A stretch of DNA of 64,000 nucleotides from Vicugna vicugna (lineage: Eukaryota). The notes under the pieces are model-generated. The model searched no databases. It was not told the DNA's origin and saw only the letters and a program-made list of their open reading frames with translations. The DNA is taken from contig MU059052.1 of NCBI GenBank assembly GCA_013265495.1, forward strand, positions 7,884,375 to 7,948,374, read 5' to 3'. Shown here piece after piece: positions 1 through 13,680 of the stretch (position 1 is its first letter; each line of letters begins with the position of its first letter). The translations under genes were made by a program, and so were the position numbers.

Positions 1-229
1 ATCTGATAATCAAGTTGGCTACTAAGTGACTAACTAACTAGGTAGATAATCTGGACAAAGGGGTAATTCATGTCCAGGGCAGGACNNNNNNNNNNNNNNN
101 NNNNNNNNNNNNNNNNNNNNNNNNNNNNNNNNNNNNNNNNNNNNNNNNNNNNNNNNNNNNNNNNNNNNNNNNNNNNNNNNNNNNNNNNNNNNNNNNNNNN
201 NNNNNNNNNNNNNNNNNNNNTTACTACTG
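1..229. mobile_element. TcMar-Tigger family DNA transposon end (partly in N-run 86-220)
   Basis: ggctactaagtgactaac...ctggacaaaggg..attcatgtcc resembles recalled Tigger-type MITE sequence; ends ...actactg followed by TA (230-231), the Tc1/mariner target duplication. Confidence 0.55.
86..220. other. N-run, 135 bp
   Basis: Direct count. Confidence 0.99.
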
Positions 230-1399
230 TATTATGAAGTCTCAGAGGCAGAAGTAATTAACTTTAATTGAGTGGACTGGGAACAACAACATGGAGGAAA
301 CAACATTCAAACTAACCTCCTACAGAATAGATAAAGTTTCAGTAGGCAAAGAAGGCATTCCAGGAAGAATACATAGCATGAACCAAGAAACATGGCTTGC
401 AAACAGTAAGCCCTTGGTATTCTGGGCTTGGCTCCAAGCTGTGGGTTGGAAGCACTTTGGCGCCACATATCTTTCATCTTCCTTAGTTCACTGGACACCT
501 TAAGCAAAAGTCTGGAGCAGTAGAGTACATGAACCACTGCAGGAGCACATTTTAAGCCTCTCCTTGTGCCACAGCAGTCACATGTCCAAGCTCAAAGTCA
601 AGAGGAGGAAAAGTCCAGTCTAATGACTATGAGGCAAGGGTGTGGATGTTTAATACTTCAACTGGAAAACGAAGAATTGGGATCATTACTTCGGTCTACT
701 GTGTATTCTATAGTATATATGTATTTTTTTTAATTTGGGGGTTTAAGTGTACTTTTCTGAAGATCTCTCACGTGTCAAGAGTCTTTTCTGAGAAGGTATT
801 CTGCATAGTTTCACAGACAACTGATATTTCAAAGCAGGGTAGTCTCTGACCCTTGTGGAAAACTCTGAAGGAAAATTAGCTTTGTAGTATCCCTTACTTG
901 ATTTTTAGAGGGTCCTTTTTAAATCCAGTCACTCTTTTGTTAATTTTGAGACCTTTCCAGATTCATCCCAGCCAGGTCAAATGATCTCCTGGTGAAGAAA
1001 TATAGAACTTATTTCTCAGGAAAATGTCAAGTTGCCATAGGTTTTTAAGAGGAGTTACAAAATCTGACCTTTTAAATACTGCAACAAATTGAAAATAGAG
1101 TCTACAAATATTCAAATGATGCTGTGTGTTCGACTCTGCCAGTGATAGCAGAACAGAATATTATCCCAAGAGAAATAGGCAGAAATTAATGGTAGAGGGA
1201 GGCAAGACAGATTTGTGTGGCCTTAATATCCATATTGCTTTTAAGATGTCACAGGTAAAAACAATAGAGATGTTATTTTTTGGCACTTTTCTCATGGAAC
1301 AGCTGAAATCAAGCCAGAGGATAGAATCATCCAGTGGACCACTCTTGCCCACTCCCCTGGAAAACAGGGAGTTTAGAAGTGAGCAGAACAGAACTTTCA

Positions 1400-1593
1400 T
1401 GGGCTTGAATCCCAGTTTGATACTCCCCTAGAAATTTGGACAAGTTTCTTAGCCTCCTTGGCTTCAGGGAGCTTATCTGTAAAACATGGATGGTACCTCC
1501 TTATTGGGTTATTGTGAGATTAAATAAAGTAATGCATGTAAACACTTAGAACAGTGCCTGACATATAGCAAGTACTTGATCAGTGTTATTATT
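1400..1593 (+). mobile_element. MIR SINE
   Basis: ttgaatcccag...ttatctgtaaaacatgg...gtgagattaaataaagtaatgcatgtaaacacttagaacagtgcctgacatatagcaagtact: MIR core and 3' tail. Confidence 0.8.
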
Positions 1594-1687
1594 AATGTTC
1601 TCTGATTGGTTTTGTTTAGCTAGACCTTAGTATCAATAAGTAAATGTTTGAAGCACCCAAACTGCAGAAAGTTTGATTATCAGCTTT

Positions 1688-1878
1688 AGAATTCTGGGTT
1701 CAGTTCTTAGCCGTGGCACTTACCAGCTGTGTGAATTTGGCAAAATTACTTAACCCTTTAAACCTCAGGATCTTTATCTGAAAATAAGTTACAACTATCT
1801 ATCTCACAGGGGTATAAGGATAATTGAGATGAACATTTTAAAGCACAAAATATGGTGCCTGCACATATAGTAAACAGA
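1688..1878 (+). mobile_element. MIR SINE
   Basis: ctgggttcag...cacttaccagctgtgtgaatttggcaaaattacttaacc...ctcagg..tttatctgaaaat...gtgcctgcacatatagtaaac. Confidence 0.7.
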
Positions 1879-2323
1879 TGTATCACAATCATTAGCAAGA
1901 AATCCAATTTAGAGGGAAGAAAATCCTTTATAGATCTTCAAACCATTTAACAGGCACTTGAATATATCATCAAGAATTTTATGACAGCACACTTTCAGAA
2001 AATTGTTGATACTTGATGCTTTGTTGGACACAAAGGAATATTTGAAGTTTAATAATTGGGATGTATAAAATTATTGGATTTAATTTTTCCTTTTTATAGT
2101 TTGCAGGTTACTGTGATTTTAATTTTTATGATAAAAATACAAATGTATAAGTACTTGTTTTTAGTACTTAATTTGAGTATGTGTCATGCTACTGTGGGAA
2201 TGATTCAAAGCTATATTGATTAGCTTCTCTGAAGGGGGCACTTGATTTAACATTACCAGTTACTCTGGTCCAGTATAGGAAACAGGTATGTTTTCTATAA
2301 CAGACTCTTCTTCAGAGTTTTTT

Positions 2324-2761
2324 TGGTAAATTGCAAAAATGCCCACAATCTTTGCAGCACCTTCCATTAAGAAATGGAATCTGTTTTGCTTCCCTTTGAA
2401 TCTGGGCTGCCAGTAAACTGTGGTAGAAGGGATGTGTATGTGTTCCTCTTGATGCTTGGATCTCAAGAGGGCTTGTTTGTGTCTAACTACTTTGGTGGAA
2501 CCCTGTCACTGCCATGTGAACTAGCCTAGCCCAGCCTGCTGGAGGATGAAAGACCACATGGAACAGACGAAACATCTCAGCTGAGGCTTTCCCACACCAG
2601 CTGTCCCTAGCTGACCTGAAAAGTGACTGCAGATACAGTGAGCCCAACTCAGACCGGAACCATCCAGCTGAACCCATCCCAAGGTGCTAAACTGCAGAAG
2701 CATGAGCAGAATATCATGATCAGAAACTAAAGATAAATGGTTGTTATTTTAAGCCACTAAG
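2324..2761 (+). mobile_element. ERVL-MaLR solo LTR (MLT1 family)
   Basis: ttgcaaaaatgcccacaatctttgcagc...ccctttgaatctgggctg...gccatgtgaa...ccagctgaacccatcccaa...ataaatggttgttattttaagccactaa. Confidence 0.7.
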
Positions 2762-4748
2762 AACACTAGACAAATCTAAAATAATGTCTGTGTACCTTTT
2801 GTAGTGAGGAAGTCCTTGGGCTATAGTTTAAATATAGAATAAAAAGCATGTGAATCCAAACCACTTTTTAAATAGATCAAAAATCGAAGGATGAGTCAAG
2901 AATTAGTTAAAACTCTTATGTTTACAGAGCACACCATGAAACGTAATTCATTTTTTTTCCAGAGTAACGGAAGATATGAAGAGATGGTAAGTAAATAAGC
3001 ATAAAGCATCTGGCAGTAGGATTCCTGCATCTCTCCCCTCCTTTCTCAGTTTCCAAGACCCCTATCTGTGCTATAAGACTTTGGTTTTGTTCTAAGTGCA
3101 CCTGAATCCCAATTGTGGGCACAAGTGGAAAATGAGAAGATTGTCTTTCTGCACCTTTTACCCCTCAATTTTCTGTGCCTTTTCTCCACAGGGCTTTCTC
3201 TCCAGGTTCTCTTGGATGCTCCTGCTTCCCTGGGTGCCTCCTCTTAACAGCTCTGTCAACCATTGCCACAGGCTTTCCCTCATTCTGGCTCTGAAAGCAC
3301 CTCCCCTGTCCTCTTTTCCTGCATATGCCCTGATTAGGTAGGCAGTTAGTGGCAGTAAATCACTTAATTGTACAGTCACCCTCCCCCTGCCCTCACCCAT
3401 CTGTCATAACAGGTTACTCCTACAGAAGTACTACTGTGGCCCTTAGGCATAGCAAAAAATGATGGCAATATTCAAATTTGGGGATATACAGTCAATAAAA
3501 GCTTCTCAGCACACAGTACTATCTGTGGGATCCACTCTATAGAGCCAGCTATGGCGGTAGTGACACAAGACCAAATTAGAATTGTTTGTCATGATCTAAA
3601 TTCTTTGAAGAGACTCCTACAGATGCCTTTTGGAATAGTTTTAAAAATCCCTTTTATAGCTAATAATTGAGAGACTTTGAGGGCTGTATATAAAAAGCAC
3701 ATGCATTACGGAGTCTTTGCACTGAGCCAAAGCTCAGCCAGTCCTAATTAACAGGCCATTTCCTCAGCAGTCCGAGCTGTTAACTGTGGCATTTTTATAG
3801 CCTGCATTGTCTTTCTCAAAATACCAGATTTAGGAGGAGGCCCTTTTTGAGTAGAATTCACAGAAGAGGTATTCTATTGGTGATCATCTCAAGTGACTGC
3901 CTTTATGTAATAGTTTAAAAATAATTTGACAGTAGTCAGTTGGGAAAATGTTTACAAGGAACCAGCAAACTGAACAGACACAATACACTTCTTTTTATAA
4001 TTTGCTTACCTAAAATAAGGGCAATCTTTAAAAAAAAACCCTAAATTATTTTATCCCTAATAATATTGTGAGGACACATTAGGTTTTGAGTAAGTAAGCA
4101 GTACTGAATAGGTAGTTATGAACTGCTAACTGTAAATACTACCTAATTTGAATCAAGTAATTTACACTTTGATATCACAAGGAAATGTTATATATTTTTT
4201 CCTTTACTTTCCACCACCGGGAGTTATGTAATAGAATAAGGTTTATATGAATCTTTTTCCCTTTTTATTCTTTGTTCATTAAGGAGGACTATGGCATATT
4301 ATTCAAATTGTGAAAAACTTCTATTAAATATACTTTTAGAAATTTCTTGCTAATCAAACCTGATATTTTATAACTCTGGTTTGTGACTGTGTTCTAAAAC
4401 ACAAGTATGTATGTGTATATGTGTGTACACAAGTGTGTATATTTGTTGAGACGGTTATAGGATAAAACTTAGAGACTAAAAATCATATTCCAACCTGTCT
4501 TCTAGAAGACAGTTCCCTGGTCCTGACTGAGGAATAGTTAACAAATTAAGGGGAATAAGAGCATTTATAAGGAAGGAGCAAAGTTTTGTTTTCCTATGCA
4601 CATTTGGGTGGGAGACATTTAAATGTTTGAAATGGAAAAAAAATAAAGGCAAGGGTGGTAGATAAGCATACCCTGTATCGCCTCCCTTTGTAAAGTCTGT
4701 CTCATCACAAATCAGTCTTAGCATTTAAAATCAAAATAGAATAGAGAT

Positions 4749-5278
4749 TGTGATGGACAGCCTCTAAGATGGTCTCCATTGATTCCCACTTCCGACAGAG
4801 AATACAAACTTGTGGTTGTCAAGGGATGGGGGTGGGAAGGGATAGACTGGGAGTTCTATCTGTCTGTCTGTAGATACTGACAGGCATATGTAGAATAGAT
4901 AAACGAGATTACACAGTATAGCACAGGGAAATATATACAAGATCCCCTTCTCTTGAGTGTGGCCTGGACCTGGTCAGTTGCTGCCAAGGAATGTAACATG
5001 GCAGAAGTGGTGGTACTCACTTCCAAGATTAAAGACTGCAGCTTCTGCCTTTGGTGCTCTCTGTTGGGATCACTCACACTGGGAAAAACCAGCTGCCATG
5101 TCATAAGGAGCCAGAGACAACTGCAGTCCTGGCTGACCCTAGATTGCAACCTGTAGGAGGCCTTGAGCCAGCCCACCTAGGTAGGGTGCTCTCAGCTGCC
5201 TGACCCACAGAAACTATGTGATGATAAATGTTTGTTATTTTCAGTCCCTAAATTTTAGGGTAATTTGCAACTAATACA
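4749..5278 (+). mobile_element. ERVL-MaLR solo LTR (MLT1F/G-like), interrupted by an L1 fragment
   Basis: TG...CA ends (tgtgatggacagcctctaagatgg ... ctaataca); 5-bp TSD gagat/gaggt (1 mismatch); 3' part ataaatgtttgttattttcagtccctaaattttagggtaatttg. Confidence 0.75.
4794..4944 (+). mobile_element. Young L1 3'-UTR fragment lacking poly(A) and TSD
   Basis: agaatacaaacttgtggttg..aaggg...gggaagggatagac...gtagaatagataaac.agatt..ac.gtatagcacagggaaatata aligns with the second copy at 53170-53290 but stops before the L1 3' end. Confidence 0.8.
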
Positions 5279-5840
5279 GAGGTTTTCCATTATAAGTCTA
5301 GAAATTTAGTGATTCGAAATAAAATTGAAAAGGATTATCGCAGTTTTTGCCTTATTGTATCTCCCCTGGCTACTGCATAAATGTATGGAATCTTCTATAT
5401 AATATAGTCAATAATTTTCAGTACTAGTGATAAGTCTACATGTTTCAAATAAAGATCTTTCGACTTTGAGATTTAATTTGCTCATTTGTATTTGTATTGT
5501 TTCTTTAACATTTTTCCTCTTGCTATAACAGAAAGCTGTTTTGCATCAGGCCCCTTGATATTTACCTTGACCCATGCCCCATTCTTCTGAGGGCCGTCTT
5601 GTGTGTGTAAATAACTACTCAGGGCCTTCAATGCTAATGCAGCTGGTGTGCAGACACTCAGGTTTCTTATAATCAGTCTCAGACTTGTCTAGGAAGGAGG
5701 AGCTACTGACTGGTGATGGATAGGCGCGGTCTTTCAGAGCAAAATCTATAGTCCTGCTGAAGTTACAGATGAGGAATATTGCACATTTAAAATATTACTT
5801 GTCTTCAAAGTCTCATGTTGGAGAAAAAAAAATGGTGACT

Positions 5841-6070
5841 TTGTAGTTAAGAGCTCAGGATTTGGAGTCAGAAATGCCAAGTTTCAGATCTCAGCTCTGC
5901 ACTTGGCAGATTGCCTACGAGATAGCTGGTCAGTGTTAGATAAATAACTCAATCTCTCCAAGTCTCAGTGTCCTTATTTGTGAAATAGGAGTGATAACAC
6001 TTGCCCATGGGCATTAAATGAGATGGTATATGTATTGTGCCTGGCAAGTAGTAATGTCTTAACAAATGGT
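5841..6070 (+). mobile_element. MIR SINE
   Basis: gtagttaagagctcaggatttggagtcaga...agtctcagtgtccttatttgtgaaataggag...attaaatgagat...gtgcctggcaagtagtaatgtcttaacaaatgg. Confidence 0.75.
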
Positions 6071-6881
6071 GGTTGAAGTATTTTTGCTACCACTTCCACC
6101 ATAGCAGCCACCAGTGCTCATTAAAAAAAAAAGCGTAATTAGAATTGCTTCAAGGTATCCTACCAAAACTGAAATTCATTATTGTTTCTTAGGAAAAAAG
6201 CAGCAGGATCTACTTTCGAGCTTCGTCAAAAATGTTACCTTATTTATTGAGGTTGTGTAGATGTTTTAGGTAATCTGCCTGCAGTTTGATTACATCCCAG
6301 ACCAAAGTAGACAAATTGCCTTGGTGATTGTCCCTTTGTCACTTACCTAATACTGGTACTGTCTTAAGAAATGTAGGGGAAGATTGGGTGGGAGTTATCT
6401 GTTTTAATTCATTAAAGTTCCAGGAAGATTGATCGAGTATCTCCAGAATAGAATTTATTATAAACTGCATAGACTGAAAGATCACTTGTTTCCTTTTCTT
6501 TTCCAACACAATGATTTGTTAATGATGATTTACTACTATGTGTGAACAAAAAGGTGTCAGTCCATTTGTCTTACAGTAGGTTTTATGATATAGATTCACA
6601 TAGGGCCCTGGCTTTGTACCTCGTGCACTGAAAAGCTGAAGGGATGTGGAAATGAATCCTAGAATCTGTGAGTTTTCTTCCCACTTGCTTCTGGGTAAGT
6701 GGTCTTGACAACTAAAGGCCCTTATTTGATTAGTTTATTCTTGGCTATAATCCTTTGTTCTCAAGTTAAAAATTATGTTTCTTTCTATTTTAAAAAATTA
6801 ATTTACTAAATATTTATCTAAACCAGGATCTTTCCATGACCTATGTTTCGTGGTTAAGAAACAGGCATTCTGCAGTGCACC

Positions 6882-7065
6882 TGACCTTGGGCCACTTAAT
6901 AGTTTTCTGCCTTAGTTTCTTCATCTGGATGAAAATGCAGATAATAATCAATGGCTTTCATAGGATTGTTATGAAGATAAGGTGAGATGATCCATATAAA
7001 AATCTCATAACCATGCCTGACAATATAGTTGCTCATAAATACTTGCTGCTGTTATTATCATCATC
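6882..7065 (+). mobile_element. MIR SINE
   Basis: tgaccttgggccacttaa...ccttagtttcttcatctg...gataataa...ggattgttatgaagataag.tgagatga...atgcctgacaatatagttgctcataaat. Confidence 0.75.
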
Positions 7066-7496
7066 ACCATCCCTACCATCAATTTTTGTTGGTGGTGTTG
7101 TTGTTGAAAAACAGTGGGAGTTCCCTGGAGTAAAGGTGCTATGTCATAGATCATTTGATAATTAAAACAAGTATTAAATAGACAAAACTTGTGGCATTTC
7201 TACAAATCGCAGGCTCTGCGGCAGGCATCAGGATTTCAAATATGAAGAAAAAACTCAGTGTAGTGGGTAAACTGATGTATAAACAGTTACAGTATAGAAA
7301 AAGACTAAATAATAGAATTTGGATCAAGACCAACTAGAATTCAGAGGAACTCTGCTGAGAATAGTTCAGGAAATGTATCATGGGGTAACTGATACTTGAA
7401 TTGGGTCTATAGAGAGTAGGATTTTACCAGACAGAGGAGAGAGGAAATGAGATCCAGGCAAGAGAAAAGCTCCTTTAGAAGGAGAGCACGGCTGGA

Positions 7497-7517
7497 GGGG
7501 AGGGGTGAGGGGAAGGG
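7497..7517 (+). other. Canonical G-quadruplex motif
   Basis: GGGG-A-GGGG-TGA-GGGG-AA-GGG. Confidence 0.6.
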
Positions 7518-7535
7518 AGTCGTAGGAACGAGGGT

Positions 7536-7574
7536 GGTGCCAGGTCGAAGGGTGCCAGGTCGAAGGGTGCCAGG
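7536..7574. repeat. 15-bp tandem repeat (ggtgccaggtcgaag) x2.6
   Basis: Perfect copies at 7536-7550 and 7551-7565, partial copy 7566-7574. Confidence 0.95.
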
Positions 7575-10500
7575 CCCTTCTCTGCCTGGCTAAGAGCTGT
7601 GAAATTCATTGAACTCATTAAAAGCACCTATTGAGGGGGATGCTGTGATCATCCTTGGGTTTTATTAAATTTGGGAAGCAGGACTATGATGTCATACAAA
7701 GGGAGTGATCAGTTTGGAGGGTGTGGTGATAAAAGTTTGAACATGAAGAGTGGAGGGATGAGGGAACAAACTGTGTAGTTTCTAGAGAAGAGACCAACAA
7801 GACTTAGAATAAAAAACATGGCATAGACAAGGATAAAGGGGCCTCCTGGTCCTGGTTTGGGTGACTAGGTGGGTGGTGATGAATTTTTCTTCATTCTTCC
7901 TCATGTATTTCAGACTTAAGTGAGAGATGGAAAGTTTTTGTTCTTATGAACCAGGAAAAAGATACAGCAATTTTACTAGGAATGATTATAGTAGCTCTTA
8001 ATCACAATAAATTATTTCTTTGTATTCTCACCTAAAATACTTGGCAAACTGTGTAAAAGTTGCAGGGTACCTCTGTTTTTATATTTAAGACTCGTTTTCT
8101 GTGTAACGTAACCTTTTTTGTGGGGATGGTTACTAAAAATTTTAGTAGATACTGAAAAACAAGCAATGGGCTAAAAATCTAAAACAGTTTAAAATCTTAT
8201 GTCAGAGATTAATCAAAATATATCAATTTGAGGTAGGGAATACTTCACAGATTTTACCAGGTTTCTAAAAGAGCCTTGTGCTGAGAGGAATTTTTTATTT
8301 AGAAATACAGTTCCTTTGTCCAGAATATTCATTTGTGTGAAAAGGATCTAAATGCTTCTTTAAGAGTGTAAAGTGAAGTTATGTGTGTATACATATATAT
8401 GTACAGTTAGATGAATAGATGTGCACATGTACAGAGAGAATATATGTGTATTTCATATAATCTACCTTGGTCAGATTCATTCCAAGATGATTAAAGAAGT
8501 CTTAGTAACACTTGCTTATTTAGTAACCACATATGATTTTTTGCTCCAGAGGGAAATTTGGTCATGAAAACAGCATGAATCAGATGATCTCACCGTGAAT
8601 ACTGAATAATATCTTCCAGACCCAAATTGTCTTGAAATCAACTTAGACTGTGTTTGAAATACCAGATGTTTCCTACTCTTCTTTCCTTTTTCTTTAAGTT
8701 ATCTGACATGCAATACCCTTTCCTGTATCAGAAGGGTCACCTGAAATGTTGCCAACCTATCTGGTTGCCTGAAATTATGAATATGGAGAAATTGATCCCA
8801 TTCCCATTGCTTACCCTAAAGCAAGCAGGAGATGAAGGATGTTTGAAGGCACAGATCATAGTGCTATAAGTTTAGTATCTGGATCCTATAGTTAAAGATA
8901 CTTAAAAAGTCTTACTTGTCTATGACTAGTATTTCAGGATAAATATTGTACAGTCATTTTAAGTTTTTCAAAGGACCTTGATAGGTATTCCTAAAGCGTG
9001 ACTGTAGTTTTTCCGAATATAGTCAATCCAAAGGGCCTGTTTTCTTGGACACTGAAGAAGAAAAATTAATCTGTCATATCTTTGTATTGATGCTGGCCAG
9101 AATGTGTTACTAAAATTATATGAAGTAGACAGCTTTGGGACTTGTGTGCTTATGAAAAACATGTGTTTTTAGGCACCAAGTGTTGACTCTGCAGGGAATA
9201 CTGTATCACATTTGCTGTTGAAATAATTATGTGCAACAGAACTGTGTCTTACCCCTCAGAACTTAAATATTTTGTTTCCTGTGTGTACGTTATAAACTAC
9301 TCTTCCAAACTGAATTCCAAATGATTGTGACCTGTAAGAGCCAATAATATATTAGTTTTCTCAAAAAGTTATTTTCTGTGCTTAAATGTTGAGCAGATGA
9401 CCATGCTGGATAACAGCTAAGATGAAGTTAATCTGAAACATGATTTTCAGTCATAATTTTAGAATTAAAAGGTGTCTTAGAATTGAACTAGTTCAATGCC
9501 TTCATTATCTGGAAGAAGCCCAGAGAAGAAAAATGACTTCTTAAATCACTGGACTTGGCAGTGACACTTCGGGACCAGATCACAGTTTCCTGACTCTCTT
9601 CAAGTGCTCATTCTACATTTTTACCATTCTCTGTTTAGCCATATAATTCTTGATCATTTCCTTAGTACCTGATGTAGCTAATTCTCATGACATGTTATAA
9701 ATAAGAATACATATCTTGGTGTTTATATTAGTCCTGGGATATGAACTTGACTTTCTAAACAGCCAGGCTGCTTTAGCTAAGGAGCTAACACTTTCTGGGT
9801 TCCACTTCCTCTCTATCACCCCTTCCCACACACCCTGGGTATCATTAAATAACACCTTCCCTGTTCTTACCCCTACCAACAATTCTCCAGTCCAGCAACC
9901 TGGGCAGAAACTAACCTATAAGGTCTGGATGTCTAAGAAGTAACAGCCATGGCTCTTGAAGAAAGGAGACCATAGGATGCAGTCTGTGCTGCGGGAGAAG
10001 GGAAAAGGAGAATTCTGGGTCCTGGACTTAAGGGAATCCTGAACACAGAATAAGGAGGAAGAGAAATTGGCTGAGCCCTTCAGACAGATGGGGTCCCAGA
10101 CCCTTGAACTGAGACCAGGAAGGGTTGGGAAATCCCAGCTCCTGTGACCTCTGCCCAAAAGGGTATGGAAATAGGTCCTGAGAAACTGTGCTGGGGGCAG
10201 CTCTGGCTCTGAAACTTATTTTACTACAGAGTAGAACTTTCACTTCATTTGATATATATTTAACTTGTGAAACAGGATAGCAAGTACTTAGATGCCTAAA
10301 TTGGAGTGGGAAGTTGCCTCACACCAGTAGAGATGTCTGCTGGGGTGCAATTTTACCATATAAATTGAACTGAACAGGATTAGAGAGCACATTGCATTCT
10401 GGATCATAACTCGGTCTGAAACTAGGCATATCTACAAAACAGGGAAAACGCTGGAGTGAATCACAGATCTCTGTTGTTTGAGTGGTTTTGTGCTTGTATA

Positions 10501-13486
10501 TCTAACAGAGGTTGATAAAAGAAGGTAAGATTATGGAAGAAGTTCCCATCCAGTAAGTGGCATAAGTTAAAGTTCTTCAATGCTAGGTGTCAGGGAGGTT
10601 GAGTTTTTATAGCTTCATTTCTAGCTACAAAATCATTTCTCTTAATGAAATTCCCCTAAGGAAAATAGGTTCATTGCCAGTCTGAAACTCTCTAATCACT
10701 TTAGCTGCTAACGGTAGTTTTGAAAACTAGGTTCTTTTTTTCTCATGTGTTTATTTTTAATTAGAACTGCTTCTATTGGGTTATAGCAGGAAAGAGTGTA
10801 TCATATTGCTGTGACCTCACTGCACTCTCATTTACTTGTCTCTTTATGATGTTTTCAGAGTCCCCTCACTCCTTATGTTTGAGCACTTGGGGAGAGGAAA
10901 GTGTGTGTGTTTGGAAAGGTGGGAAGGGACATGTTCTTCAGCAGTCATAAACCCAAACTGCTGGAAAGGGCCTGTATGGAGATTAAATTGATCTTCCAGG
11001 CAGGCTGACGGGGTGGAAGAACATTGGAGCAGTGCTTCCCGAGCTTTCCAGGGGGTACTGCAGAGCCATTTTCTCAAATTACTGCTGTTCTCAGAGTCAG
11101 GTCTCCTGGTCTCCCTGAGTCTCCCCCTGAGGTTTGGCTAGCAGAATTTGAGAGGGGCTCTTGCCTCGCCACCCCCTCCGCCCCACTCATTGCTTGCATG
11201 GCTTTTCTATAGAGCTTCCTCCTTACAGTCTCATCTACTCTGGGAACACCTTCTCTGTTAAATCTGGTGGCCTAAGACATAGTGCCAAATGCTTTCGGAG
11301 ATTTATTTCTTCCTTAGGAAAAGGAAAGAAGAGGACCAGCCGTGTAGAAGACCAAGTGGGTTTTCTCTTCTGTCACCTCTCAAGTGCTCTAAGATGTCCT
11401 CAGCTCTAACCATCCCTCTTCTGCCACAGGCTTCAAATATGTTATCCTCTCTGCCTGAATGTACTGCCACCTCCTCTGTACTGAGTTAGATGCTGCTCAT
11501 CCTTTCTAGCTCAGTTCAAGTATCACTTGTTCAAAAGAGCTTTCCCAACCTCCCTGCCTGATTCAAGGCATCTCTTAATAAAGCTTTCAAAGTCATCTCC
11601 ATTGAGAGGTGTTGCAGGAGGCTTGAGGCTTGTATTCCTTTTCCTTGAAGCAGAAATGAGCCAGGGAATCTATTTGGAAGACTGAGGGGCTCCTGCTGGA
11701 CACTCTGCAGAGTCTGCCCCAGCAGTACAGTGGAGCACAAAGTCAGACACTCAGTTTAGGTTAGCTTGCTGTTGACTAGCTGTGCAACCAGGAGCAAAAT
11801 CATCTCTCCTCTGGATTTTAGTTTTCTGATCTCTTAAACCAGAGGTATCCCTAGGCCTGTCTAGCACTAAGAATATGTAGTATACTTTAAAAGAGTTAAT
11901 GTCCAGGAAACATCACTAGTTTTAATAATTCTAATAAATAAACTGATAACTATTTTAAGAAGATAAAAAGCAGGTAGGAAAGAACTTGTCTCTTTCCAAG
12001 GCTGACTTTATAAATCAGCAATGAGCTACACTGAGGCCTTAGTGTAAACTCTGTGGTAACTGAGGTTCTAATTATATTAGCTAAGCTTCCAAGTTTCATT
12101 CAGAAATAGAGAATGAAATGGTATTGTTCCAGTATGTTCCTGGTATTTTATTAAGGCCACTGTTGCTCAGACCAGGTAATTCAGATTTGAAGGCAGGCAA
12201 GAATTTGTTTAGGTGGCCATTTAACATAGAGGCAAAACCATAGTTCTCCAAATTACATAAGCCAGTAGTAAATCTTTGCTTCAGGACTTTACACAGACTT
12301 ACACACACACAAGTTTATGTATGTGTGTACATGTTCTTTGTCATGTGATAAAATGTATTTCTTACTGTGAATTATATGCAAGAGTGTTTAGAAGCAGCTG
12401 ACTTAAGCTAAGCTATGTGATTAAATCTTAATGTAATCTTAATTTTCATTTGGGATCAGATTTTAGCAGTAGGTACATGGAACACATCATGCAAATCTAT
12501 ATACCAGGCAGATTCAGGGTTGTTAATTCTCCTGTAATGAAAAGCTAGACAGGGGCTGAAAAAGAATTCACCTTTTCAGATTTGCTGTTCATTTTACTAT
12601 GGATATCATAATGGAGGAGACTCTTTAATTATGTTCCTTGCAAAAGACAAAGAAACTAAATAGACTACCTGTCTTCTGCATAACCCACTTTGTTTCCATG
12701 CTGTGAAATATAATAATCAGTGATTAAGAGATAACTTGATTCTTATAAAAAATTCCATCTAGTGTTAAAGTTATACTATTTAGAGAATTTAAATCTTTTG
12801 AACATTGATAATGGAGACATGGCAAAGGTGACAAAGTTTAATTAATGCTGGACAGGTTTTTATCACCTTTTGAAAGTATGCTTGAATCAGTCTGACTTAA
12901 AAATATTATCGGTTCTCCTAAGGAGCTGGGTGGACCAACTGGTTTTGAATATGCCCTTAATTATGGTTAGAGTATGTGGTAATTTTCTTCAGAAAAAAAA
13001 GGAAGGGCTTAATTTAAACTTTAGGGCATGGTCAGGCTGATCTTTCAGGGAACAAGTTACAATGTGGTTTTGATAGTATAGTGACCAACACAACTTGGTA
13101 AAGTTACAAAAGGGAGCCACTGAAAGGAAAAACAAAAACAAAACAAAAAAAAAACTTTTGACTGGCTTGAACTTTAACTCCAGGCACTAAGCAGTAATGA
13201 ATTTGTCAGCAGTCACTGATGTGATAATTAAAATACAGAATAACTGAGTCACCGGTGATTTGGCGATATGCTGATACAAAGCCAGTTGATTCTTTTTTAC
13301 TCTAATATCAGTAGTTGGGTAAAAGAGCTTACATTGCCTTCTTGTGTCCTTCCCTCATCTGCACCCCTTCCTATTCTTATTAAGTCATGTCTGAGCAGTT
13401 CCCGAGGATTATTGTTTAATATGGTAAAGAAAAAGCATGGTTTTCTATAATAAGGGCAGTAGTATAACCTCTCCACCCCAACCCTG

Positions 13487-13680
13487 GGCATAAGAGCACA
13501 GGCCTTGGAGTCAGACCTGGAGTCAGATCTCTTCTCTGCCACTTATTAACACTTTACTTTTAAGCAAGTTCTGTAACCTCTCTGAATTTCATTTGTCATC
13601 TCTAAAATGGAGAATAATATTGCCTACTTTATAAGCATTTTATGAGGTTCTATAAGATTTCATTAAGTGCTTATTATCTC
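13487..13680 (+). mobile_element. MIR SINE
   Basis: taagagcacaggccttggagtcagacc...ctctgccacttatt...gcaagtt..gtaacctctctgaatttcattt.tcatctctaaaatggagaataatattgcctac. Confidence 0.75.

Noticed and set aside
3180-3345. Possible alternative TES first exon ending at TAG|gtaggc (donor 3338)
   Set aside because: Donor-like motifs are common and there is no promoter or transcript evidence; cannot be supported from sequence alone.
10927-10936. p53 half-site GGACATGTTC
   Set aside because: No adjacent second half-site.
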